Positions 44,433 through 53,272 of a DNA stretch of 64,000 nucleotides are shown piece by piece; position 1 is the first letter of the stretch, and every line of letters starts with the position of its first letter. The notes under the pieces were generated by a model. The model ran no database searches and had not been told where the DNA came from. It saw only the letters and a list, made by a program, of their open reading frames with translations. The position numbers and the translations under genes were made by a program. The DNA comes from Akkermansiaceae bacterium (GTDB lineage Bacteria > Verrucomicrobiota > Verrucomicrobiia > Verrucomicrobiales > Akkermansiaceae), in NCBI GenBank assembly GCA_018402445.1, contig JAGYIT010000012.1, forward strand, positions 86,407 through 150,406, given 5' to 3'.

Positions 44433-45522
44433 TACGATGAAACTTAATTATCTGATGATGGCGGCAATGTCGCTCGCCCTGTGCGACTGCAAAGGGAGCG
44501 TGGAGCCAGACTTCAAGACAGACGTAAAGGTGTCGATCAAAGACGGGAACGATACTCCCGTAGAGGGCGCCGAAGTGAAACTGCTGTTCTCCCATTACGA
44601 CCAAGCAAAGAACGTCACTCATCTTCTTACCACCGACACCACAGGAACTGTGCGGGAATCCGAGAAGGTCGTGACGTCTCTGCTGGTGAACGTCGAGAAA
44701 CCCGGTTACTATCCACTGCGTTATGAGCGTGCGCTGATCCGCATGGATGTGGACTGGAAGAAAATAAGGGAATTTGAGTTGCCCTTGATCATGCGCCAAA
44801 TCAAGCAACCCATCCCACTGCACGCCAAGAAATTCTCGGCCATCATCCCTGACTATGACAAGCCCGTTGGCTTCGACTTCGAAGCGGGCGACTGGGTGGC
44901 CCCGCACGGCAAGGGTAAGTCACCTGACATGCTACTCGATTTCGAAAGGATGCTAGTCGGGTATCGGGGAGAGCTTAAATATGAAGACATGGCGAAGGAT
45001 TTAGAGTCAATCCATAGTGATAACCCGCGCAAGAAAGAGACATATTTCAAAGGTATGGAGAAATTGTATGGAAAGATGGATAGGTCTGACTATCGGCAGA
45101 CTATAAACATAAACGCAGGAAAATGGGATGGTAAGTTAAGTGTCACGTTTCCCAATCCACAAGAAGGTATCGCGGACGCAAAGAAGGACTACTGCCACTA
45201 CTCCAAGTTGACCCTGCCCCACGAGGCTTACCCGGAGGGCTATTCTAAAGACCTGCACATAAAGACTGATAACCACACGCCAAAAAACACGCCACCGGAT
45301 CCCGCTTACTTCGTCAGGACACGGGTTACGCTGGATGATAAAGGGGAGATCGCTTCTGCGAATTACACGAAGATCACATCCCCGATCCATTTCGACCCAC
45401 GAGGGAGAATTGAATTCACATACGTCTTCAATCCCACTCCCAACGACCGGAACCTTGAGTTCGACACCAGCAAAAACAAATTTGCCGATCTGAAATTTGA
45501 GGAAAGGGTGGTCAATCCATAG
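44422..45522 (+). CDS. exported protein/lipoprotein (candidate immunity protein)
   Basis: Signal peptide with Cys, PVEGAEV/EKPGYY carboxypeptidase-regulatory-like fold, GFDFEAGDWVAPHGKG and FNPTPNDRNLEFD. Confidence 0.7.
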   Translation: MKTNTMKLNYLMMAAMSLALCDCKGSVEPDFKTDVKVSIKDGNDTPVEGAEVKLLFSHYDQAKNVTHLLTTDTTGTVRESEKVVTSLLVNVEKPGYYPLRYERALIRMDVDWKKIREFELPLIMRQIKQPIPLHAKKFSAIIPDYDKPVGFDFEAGDWVAPHGKGKSPDMLLDFERMLVGYRGELKYEDMAKDLESIHSDNPRKKETYFKGMEKLYGKMDRSDYRQTININAGKWDGKLSVTFPNPQEGIADAKKDYCHYSKLTLPHEAYPEGYSKDLHIKTDNHTPKNTPPDPAYFVRTRVTLDDKGEIASANYTKITSPIHFDPRGRIEFTYVFNPTPNDRNLEFDTSKNKFADLKFEERVVNP

Positions 45523-45671
45523 ATGGGGTCAAGTGAATGGGATCAGAGTAATCGGATAAGCGTGTTAGATCGCCTACAGCCCCCACTTCAATTCCACAAA
45601 AGATCGTCGCTCCGCACCGCGAGGCATCCCGCTGGCGGCTGATCACGCGAGCAGCTAGTCCTGCGGGAACA

Positions 45672-45789
45672 TGTGACGTGCGCGGGGTAATGCTGCATCC
45701 AGTCCGGGTGCCTCCCGCAAGCGGGTCCCTCCCTCCCTCTGATGTTCCCTCGGGGAATACCCTCGGCAGCATTACCCGTCGCAGTCACA
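45672..45789. repeat. long imperfect hairpin with internal sub-hairpins
   Basis: tgtgacgtgcgcggggtaatgctgc pairs with gcagcattacccgtcgcagtcaca. Confidence 0.7.
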
Positions 45790-45805
45790 AGTGCCCTCCG
45801 GCCTG

Positions 45806-46017
45806 CATTGCAAGATTCCAGGAAAAATAACAGAAATCCGTTGACTGCGGGGAGAAGTTCGGCAATATGGGGGCATGTCAGGCAAGAAAGGAACGAAGCG
45901 TTGGCTCACTCCATTGCAAGATTCCAGAAAAAATAACAAAATTCCGTTGACTGCGGGGAGAAGTTCGGCAATATGGGGGCATGTCAGGCAAGAAAGGAAC
46001 GAAGCGTTGGCTCACTC
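45806..46017 (+). repeat. 106-bp tandem duplication of the transposase promoter and 5' end
   Basis: 45806-45911 is nearly identical to 45912-46017. Confidence 0.92.
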
Positions 46018-47084
46018 CGTGGGCGGATTCCGAGGAAAGGCCGTCCGTTTACCACCTCACCTCTCGCGTGGTGGACCGGCGGTTCGTGTTCGGGGATGAG
46101 GAACGGGGGAAGTTCCGCATGTTCATGCGGATGATGGAGAATTTCAGCGGCTGCCGGGTGCTTTCCTACTGCGTGATGTCGAATCATTTCCATATCCTGC
46201 TTGAGGTTCCGCCGATGCCGAAGGCTGGTTTGAGCGATGCGGAGCTGCTCAAGCGGTTGGGTGTGCTCTATGCCGAAAATTTCGTGAAAAGCGTGGCCGA
46301 TGAGCTTGCCGCCGCGCGGGAGAAAGGCGATGGCGAAGGGGGTAGCCCGGAACTGGTTGCGGAGATCCACGGTCGTTTCACCCCCCGGATGCATGATTTG
46401 AGCGATTTCATGAAGACGCTTTTGCAAAGGTTCACGCGTTGGTTCAACCGCACGCACGACCGTACGGGGACGCTTTGGGAGGATCGTTTCAAGAGCGTGA
46501 TCGTGGAGAGCGGGACGGCGGCGCGGACGATCGCGGCGTATATCGATCTCAATCCGGTGCGGGCGGGAATGGTATCCGATCCGGCGGATTACCGCTGGAG
46601 CAGCTATGGCGAGGCGGTGGGCGGCGGCGCGAAAGGCAACGGGAAGAAGGCACGGGAAGGGCTTGTGCGCGCGTGCATGAGCCACAAGGGAATCGGTTTC
46701 GAGGCGGAGAAATGGAAGGAGGTTTCAAGGATCTACCGCCGTGCCATGGGTATGGCGCTGGGGAGGAAAAACTCAAATTTCAAAATTCAAAATTCAAGTA
46801 AGAGTAAAACCTCGATCACCAAGAACACGGAGGAGATGCTGGAGTCGGAGGACAACGAAACTGTCCTGCCGGATCTCGGAATGGCCGGGATGTTGATGAA
46901 GCGGGTGAGGTATTTCACGGACGGGGCGGTGATCGGGAGCAAGGAGTTTGTGAACGAGGCGTTCGCGGGGGCGCGGGAGAGGTTCACGGAAAGGAGGAAG
47001 GACGGCGCGCGGAGGATGCGGGGGAGCGGTGCCGCGGCGAAGGGGGTGTTGTGGAGTATGCGAGATTTGCGGGTGGGGGTTTAG
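45981..47084 (+). mobile_element. Y1 (HUH) transposase, long RAYT-like type
   Basis: YHLTSRVV, YCVMSNHFHILL, GTLWEDRFKS, YIDLNPVRAG and DYRWSSY. Confidence 0.88.
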
Positions 47085-47114
47085 AGACGGATGACATTCT
47101 GGAAAGGGAAAAGG

Positions 47115-47415
47115 GATCCTGCCTGACGTCCCCATTGAAAACTCCCCCCGCCCAACGGCTCCGCGCGGTAGGCTTTGAGGTTCAGTTCCCGGAATTCCCG
47201 TTCCTTGCGAGCGAGCGCCTGATCCTTCTTTTTTCCGCTTAGCCGCCCGCCGACGTTGAGTTAGGCCTGGCGCTCGTAGCGGCCGAGGTTGAGCACCTCG
47301 AAGGCGCGGAACGGCACGCCCGCAGATTTAAGTTCGCGCTGCACCCCGATGATACGCTTCCGCGTTGCATGGATAGCCAACTTGCCTAGGTCTGAATCAA
47401 TCCATTTGCGACCTT
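47115..47415 (-). pseudogene. site-specific DNA methyltransferase (type III Mod-like) fragment
   Basis: GRKWIDSDLGKLAIHATRKRIIGVQRELK...FEVLNLGRYERQA*LNVGG...KAYRAEPL with an in-frame TAA. Confidence 0.7.
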
Positions 47416-47605
47416 GGGAACTTGTTTGCGCGAGCTTTGCTGCTCCCTGCGAAGGGTGTCCGTTTCCAAAGGATGTAATTCAGAAGACAATCTTTTCCGA
47501 AGACCTCATTCATTGCGCTTCGGATAAATGAATGGGTGAAGCAGAAAAATGTGGGATTGTCAGAAATGATTGCAAGTTGGTCCTTTTGACGACGTTAAAG
47601 GTATC

Positions 47606-50089
47606 ATGATGAAAAAGTTCCACCCAGTCTTGATCGCCCTAGCGATCGGAACCGCAAGTCTACCGTCCGCCAAGGGAGCCGATCCCCACTCTCCGCTCAC
47701 CGAGGCGGGCCTCAAACTGGAGGCGGACTTCGCCACGACGCTCGAACAGCTGCGCACGGAGCTCACCGCCAAACTGCCGGATGTCGCGAAGGCCGATCGA
47801 GTAAAAGCGTTTCTTGCCAGTGACGCGCTGGACGCCAAGCTTACGAAGTTCGTCGTCCTGCACGAGGCCACGCCCCAGGGCCTGGCGGAGTTCGCCCAGC
47901 AGGGGAAGGAGCAGGCGGCGCTGGTCGCACAGTTGCTCGCGGATGCCGACCTGATGAGGCCTATGCTGGTGGCAGATGGTGCCAAAGCCCCCCGCAACGG
48001 CCCGGCCCAATACGGGCGGGCGATGCAGATCCACACCGATATCCTCAAGGCCAGCGACAAGGCGGCGGGTGGTGTGCTTGCAGAGCTGGCACTGGCGATC
48101 GCCTTGGAGCATTCGGTGCCCATCGCCCAAGGGAACCCGGAGGCCTTGGTTGACGCCCCGGCCACCGTTGATCCGGTGAAGCGATATCTCCACTTCGAGA
48201 AAGCTTTTCTCAATGGCGAGCTAGACCCGGCTTTCGAGGGCCTGAGCGCCTGGGAACTGCGCATGGTGGTCGATGGCGACGAGCCGGATGAAACCCTGGC
48301 TTGGGGCCGTGAGATGCTGCGCAACTTCCGTCCCGACCACATCTTCACCACCAATCACGGCTGGCGTTACAGCGGCCTCGTCGGCAGTGATGTCCGCTAC
48401 GGATCCGGCGACGTGAAATATGACCGGCCCGAGTTGCAACGCTACCAGAACATCCTCATGAATGGCGGAATCTGTGGTCGCCGTGCTTTTATCGGACGTT
48501 TCATCTTGCGCGCCCACGGCATCCCAACCATTGCCAAGCCCAGTCGCGGCCATGGAGCTTTGGCACGCTGGACGCCCGACGGCTGGGTCGTCAATCTGGG
48601 TCCGAATTGGGGCGGCGGCTGGACGGGCACGCGCTACAAAAACGATCACGACTTCGTCGCCACCACCCAGGCGCGCGCCAACCGGGATGGCTTCCTGCAG
48701 GTGAAGCGCGCCCAGTGGGCTGGTGACGTCACAGGTGAAAAGCGCACCTACGGCGAAAACGATGGCGATGCCGCCCCGTGGAATGCCGTTTCTCTCCGCG
48801 CCCAGCGTGCCATCCTCGACGGCGCAAACACCAAAACGCTCGCCGCTCTCGGTGAGGAACTCGGCGAATCCAACACTCCGCTGTCGATCGCCGAGGAAGT
48901 CCTCGCCACCGAAATCAAGCCGGAGGACAAACAGATCACCGTGGGTGCGGACGGCGCCATTTCGATCCCGAGCGCCGCCTTCACCAAGCCCGCCGGCAGC
49001 ACGCGGGACGTTCTGGTGATGCGCAGCTTCGCCGGTGGTCAGCAGATCTACCTGCCGCGTTTTGCCCGCCAGGGAGTGACGATGCTGCGCGGCGGCACAT
49101 GGAAAAGCGACATCGCCGAAACCACCTCGGGCACACGACTCCTGAGTGGCGGCTTCGGCCGCTACAACAACTGGGGATTGCGCGCCGCAGTGACACCTGC
49201 CCAAGGGGATGCCCCGGCTGAAATGACCCTCGATCTGGGCGACGGCGTCAGCATGGAGTTGGTCTACATCAAACCCGGCACCTTCACCATGGGCGGCGAG
49301 CGCACGACCGACGGTCGCTTCGAATGCGTCGAGGTGCCGAAGCACGAGGTCACGCTGACCAAGGGCTTCTACCTGGGCAAATACGAGGTCACTCAGGCAC
49401 AATATCAAGCCATCATGGGCTCCAACCCCAGCGGCTCCAGCAAAGGCCCCGATTTTCCGGTGGACAATATCAGCGAACAGGACGCGCGCGAATTCTGCCA
49501 GAAACTCGCGGAGAAAACCGGTGCGGAGGCCCGGCTTCCGACCGAGGCTGAATGGGAATATGCCGCCCGCGCTGGCAAGGATACCAAGTGGTTCTTCGGC
49601 GACGACCCCGCGGCACTCGGCGACTACGCCTGGTTCAAGGACAATGCGGACGGCAAATCGCACCCGGTTGGACAGAAGAAACCCAACCCGTGGGGTCTCT
49701 ACGACATGTATGGCAATGTCTGCGAGCGGATCTCGGACACTTATGCAAAGAACTACTATGCCCAGGGCGCGAAAACCGATCCGATCGGGCCGAGCCAAGG
49801 GGATAGTTCGCGCTTTGAATACGAGGTCACAGTTCCACGCGCCGGCAACTACTCGCTGACGGCGGAAGTGGTCACGGCCAACTACGATCAGCGGCTTAAC
49901 GTCGCCACCAATGACAGCGAGTCCGCAACCGTGCTGACCATGCCCTTCACGCTCGGCAAATGGCAGCATTCCGAGCCGGTCACGCTCACCCTCAAGGAGG
50001 GTGCGAATGTGCTGCGCTTCTGGCGCGACCAGCCGCCGCAATACGGCCTGGCCATCAAGTCTTTCACCCTACAGCCCGGCGCTCGCTAG
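47606..50089 (+). CDS. secreted multidomain protein with a SUMF1/FGE-sulfatase domain and a CBM-like C-terminus
   Basis: Signal peptide; GKYEVTQAQY, RLPTEAEWEYAARAG and PNPWGLYDMYGNV. Confidence 0.8.
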   Translation: MMKKFHPVLIALAIGTASLPSAKGADPHSPLTEAGLKLEADFATTLEQLRTELTAKLPDVAKADRVKAFLASDALDAKLTKFVVLHEATPQGLAEFAQQGKEQAALVAQLLADADLMRPMLVADGAKAPRNGPAQYGRAMQIHTDILKASDKAAGGVLAELALAIALEHSVPIAQGNPEALVDAPATVDPVKRYLHFEKAFLNGELDPAFEGLSAWELRMVVDGDEPDETLAWGREMLRNFRPDHIFTTNHGWRYSGLVGSDVRYGSGDVKYDRPELQRYQNILMNGGICGRRAFIGRFILRAHGIPTIAKPSRGHGALARWTPDGWVVNLGPNWGGGWTGTRYKNDHDFVATTQARANRDGFLQVKRAQWAGDVTGEKRTYGENDGDAAPWNAVSLRAQRAILDGANTKTLAALGEELGESNTPLSIAEEVLATEIKPEDKQITVGADGAISIPSAAFTKPAGSTRDVLVMRSFAGGQQIYLPRFARQGVTMLRGGTWKSDIAETTSGTRLLSGGFGRYNNWGLRAAVTPAQGDAPAEMTLDLGDGVSMELVYIKPGTFTMGGERTTDGRFECVEVPKHEVTLTKGFYLGKYEVTQAQYQAIMGSNPSGSSKGPDFPVDNISEQDAREFCQKLAEKTGAEARLPTEAEWEYAARAGKDTKWFFGDDPAALGDYAWFKDNADGKSHPVGQKKPNPWGLYDMYGNVCERISDTYAKNYYAQGAKTDPIGPSQGDSSRFEYEVTVPRAGNYSLTAEVVTANYDQRLNVATNDSESATVLTMPFTLGKWQHSEPVTLTLKEGANVLRFWRDQPPQYGLAIKSFTLQPGAR

Positions 50090-50158
50090 CCCGGATATTA
50101 AGCCACCCCCGTGATGTTTTTTGAAAGGAACATCACTACGCACGGTAATAAAAGGACT

Positions 50159-51196
50159 ATGAATATCCCACCCAAAAACCTCGCCGCTCTATGCGGCCTG
50201 TCGCTGCTTGCGACTTCAGCCCTCCACGCGGCGGATCTCCCGAAGCCGGATGGCAAACCCGCCGATATGACCAAACCCGTCCAGGTGTTCCTGATCATGG
50301 GCCAGTCCAACACCCTTGAATTCGGCAATGTCAATGACGAACTGAAAACCGCCTACCCCTTCCTCGCCGCTGACGACGGCTGGAGCACCCGCCAGGACGT
50401 GCGCAACGTCTCGGTGATGGTCGGCAAAGGCGTTTACCGCAACGAATGGCTGACCGTCGAAGGCAAGAACAAGATCGGCATCGAGATCGGCGTCGGTCAT
50501 CAACTCGGCAATGCCATCGACGCGCCGGTGATGATCCTCAAGAGCGCGATCGGCAACCGCAGCCTCGGCTGGGATCTGCTGCCTCCAGGCACTCCCCGCT
50601 ACACCCACGACGGCAAGGAACAACCCGGATACCGCGAATATGAAGATGGCGGAAAAATACTATCTTATGAACCAGGCGTTTCCAAAGTAATCGGCACGAA
50701 AGGCAAAAGCAAAGGCAAGGAAACCGACCCGTGGTATGCCGGCAAGCAATACGACGATGATGTCGCCAACGCCAAGAAGATCCTCGAAGACCTCGCTACC
50801 CACTACCCCGGCGCCACCAAATATGAAGTCGCCGGCATCATCTGGTGGCAGGGCGACAAGGACATGCGCAATGCAGCCCATGCCGCCAATTACGAGAAAC
50901 ACCTCGGGCTGCTGCTCGCTGCCCTGCGCAAGGATTTCAATGCTCCCGACGCCCGCTTCGTCAGCGCCTCGCTTGGACAGACCGACGAAAGTGACACCAC
51001 CTCCGGCCACGGCCAGATCCTTCACGCCATGAAGAACTTCGCTGCCAGCAGCGACAAGATCGGCTTCGTTTACAGCAAGCCACTGCTCGGCGGCCCCGGC
51101 AGCTCGAGCGGCCACTACAGCGGCAACGCCAAGACCTACATGAACGTCGGCCTCGCCTTGGGCGAGGAAATGGCGAAGTTGCTCAAAGATAAATAA
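50159..51196 (+). CDS. SGNH/sialate O-acetylesterase-like protein
   Basis: Signal peptide, FLIMGQSN, WWQGDKD and GHY. Confidence 0.8.
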   Translation: MNIPPKNLAALCGLSLLATSALHAADLPKPDGKPADMTKPVQVFLIMGQSNTLEFGNVNDELKTAYPFLAADDGWSTRQDVRNVSVMVGKGVYRNEWLTVEGKNKIGIEIGVGHQLGNAIDAPVMILKSAIGNRSLGWDLLPPGTPRYTHDGKEQPGYREYEDGGKILSYEPGVSKVIGTKGKSKGKETDPWYAGKQYDDDVANAKKILEDLATHYPGATKYEVAGIIWWQGDKDMRNAAHAANYEKHLGLLLAALRKDFNAPDARFVSASLGQTDESDTTSGHGQILHAMKNFAASSDKIGFVYSKPLLGGPGSSSGHYSGNAKTYMNVGLALGEEMAKLLKDK

Positions 51197-51525
51197 TCTC
51201 TCACCCCCGGAGTTTTACGATCCGTGTGCGATTTTTCCGCACACGGATTTTTTGTGGGTATCGAGAACCCTGATACACGATCGCAGCCAATCGCGTATTT
51301 CCAAAATTTTCCACTGCTTCATCGGCAGCAATTCTTTGCCGTCCCTAGGCTGGTAGGCGAACCTTGCTTTGTAATATCCGCTGGTTTTGAGCGGAGCCTC
51401 GCCTACCGCCCGCCCCCCCGGCGGCACGTCTAGGCTTTCATCTCCAAGCTTTGCCTCAATCCGGTGACCGGTCAGGTCAGGTTAACCCACAAGGTCTCAC
51501 CGGACTTCAATTTTCCGGTGCTGGT

Positions 51526-51711
51526 TCATCGACGGAGAGCCAGGTTGCTTGGTCGGAGTCGATGATTTGGGATCGTTCGGCGAGAACTTCGGCGTGAGCA
51601 CTCGGGAGAGGGGTATTCGATCCCTTCCTTTGAAAAGGAATCCCACAGGAGTTCCATGGTTTCCATACGCTCCGTGGATGACATGCGCGAAATCTGCGCT
51701 TTTACCAACAT
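51526..51711 (-). pseudogene. addiction-module antitoxin, frameshifted
   Basis: MSSTERMETMELLWDS...SPE, then in another frame HAEVLAER...WLSVDE. Confidence 0.6.
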
Positions 51712-51778
51712 GACTGGAGGTTAATCCCTCATGTGTCCGCGATCAAGTATCCAGATTGTCTAGGGCGCGAAGCGCCCA

Positions 51779-51904
51779 TGGGGAGCACACGCGCCCCCGC
51801 GTGTTGTCTTTGGCGCCCTCGCCGAAGACTGGCCGTCACAACCATTCCACGCGGTTTCCGACGAGGGCGTCGGAAACAACATGCGAGGGCGCGTGTGCTC
51901 CCCA
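51779..51904. repeat. REP doublet of another family
   Basis: tggggagcacacgcgccc...gagggcgcgtgtgctcccca inverted pair. Confidence 0.85.
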
Positions 51905-51931
51905 AGATTTTTGCTCCGCCTGTATCCGTCA

Positions 51932-53266
51932 TCAGGATTGCTCGAAGTGACTCAGGATCGCCGCATGGACGTCCTCGGCTTTCTGGACTTTCTGCGCTGA
52001 CCCGATGAGCACTGGCTTCTCGGAATCCGGCACCTGATCCCTGCCGTGGGAGCCTTTGACGAGGGTGGGATTGAGGGGGATGACTTCGAGGAGGGCGCGT
52101 ATCCCGAGTTTCTTTTTCAGCAGGAACTTCGCGATCTTCGCTTTCGGGAAGCGGATGGCGGGGTCGATGAAGAGCTCGCAGGGGTCGTAGCCGGGCTTGC
52201 GGTGGATGTCGATGGTGCGGGCGAAGTCGGGGGCTTTCGCGTCGTCGGTCCAGTAGTAGTAGGTGAACCACGCGTTCGGCTTGGCGATGGCGATGAGGTC
52301 TCCGGCGCGGGGATGGTTCTGCGGGCGGATCTCATCGATGCCGCCGGTGCATTCGAGCAGGGCGCGGACTTCCGGGAGGATGGCGGGATCGTTCACATAG
52401 ACGTGGGCGATCTGGTGGTCTGCGACGGCGAAGGCCTTGCAGCCGCCGGAGTCGAGCGTTTCGCGGCCGAGCTCGTCCTTGATGGAGAGCCAGCCCTTCT
52501 CTCGGAACAGGCGGTTGAGGTGGATGGGCTTGTCAACCGGGGAGATGCCGTATTCGGAAAGGAGCATGACGCGGATACTACGGGATTCGTAGTAGGAAAT
52601 GAGATCGGTCACTACGCGATCGATGGCGCGGACTTCAGAGGGGATGTTCGGGGCGGCGGGGCCGTCTTTCTGGAGGCAGTAATCGAGGTGGGGGAGATAG
52701 ACGAGGGAGAGGGTGGGGGAGTGCTTTTGCTCCACCCATTTCGCGGAGGAGGCGATCCATTCCGACGAGGCGATCCCCGCCGCCGGCCCCCAGAAGGCGG
52801 GGAAGGGGAAGGGGCCGAGATCCGCTTTCAGCTCATCGCGCATGGCCATGGGCTGGGTGTGGATGTCGAAGTGCTTCGAGCCATCGGCGGGGTAGAGCGG
52901 GCGCGGCGTGATGGTGAAGTCCGCGGAGGAGTGCATGTTGTACCACCAGAAGAGCTTCGCGCAGGTTGCGCCGGGGACTTTTTTACGCAGGCTGTCCCAG
53001 ATTTTTTCGCCGTGGACGATGTGGTTCGACTGCTTCCAGAAACGGACTTCGGCGCTCTCGCGGTCATACCAGCCGTTCGCGACGATGCCGTGCTTTTCCG
53101 GCGGGGTGCCGGTGAGGATGGATGATTGGGCAGTGGTGGTCAGCGCCGGGAAGGCGGGCGTGTAGGTCTGCAGGCCGTGCTTTTCCGCAAAAGCGGTGAT
53201 GCCCGGCGCGTTCTCCCCAAGCAAAGACTTGGAGAGACCTACGATGTTGAGGACGGCGAGGCGCAT
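51932..53266 (-). CDS. alkaline phosphatase/nucleotide pyrophosphatase family protein (EboF-like)
   Basis: FPALTTTAQS, HGIVANGWY, YLPHLDY, IHRKPGYDP and VKGSHG. Confidence 0.85.
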   Translation of the reverse strand: MRLAVLNIVGLSKSLLGENAPGITAFAEKHGLQTYTPAFPALTTTAQSSILTGTPPEKHGIVANGWYDRESAEVRFWKQSNHIVHGEKIWDSLRKKVPGATCAKLFWWYNMHSSADFTITPRPLYPADGSKHFDIHTQPMAMRDELKADLGPFPFPAFWGPAAGIASSEWIASSAKWVEQKHSPTLSLVYLPHLDYCLQKDGPAAPNIPSEVRAIDRVVTDLISYYESRSIRVMLLSEYGISPVDKPIHLNRLFREKGWLSIKDELGRETLDSGGCKAFAVADHQIAHVYVNDPAILPEVRALLECTGGIDEIRPQNHPRAGDLIAIAKPNAWFTYYYWTDDAKAPDFARTIDIHRKPGYDPCELFIDPAIRFPKAKIAKFLLKKKLGIRALLEVIPLNPTLVKGSHGRDQVPDSEKPVLIGSAQKVQKAEDVHAAILSHFEQS

Positions 53267-53272
53267 GACGGG

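Noticed and set aside
47118-47136. cctgacgtcccca as a right end matching the GGGGTCA motif
   Set aside because: The match needs a 3-bp gap, and the sequence is explained as coding sequence of the methyltransferase remnant.
51215-51433. Short ORFs downstream of the esterase
   Set aside because: No recognisable motif and no support for either strand.
51932-53266. ebo gene cluster
   Set aside because: Only the EboF-like gene is present; its neighbours are a sugar kinase and repeats.
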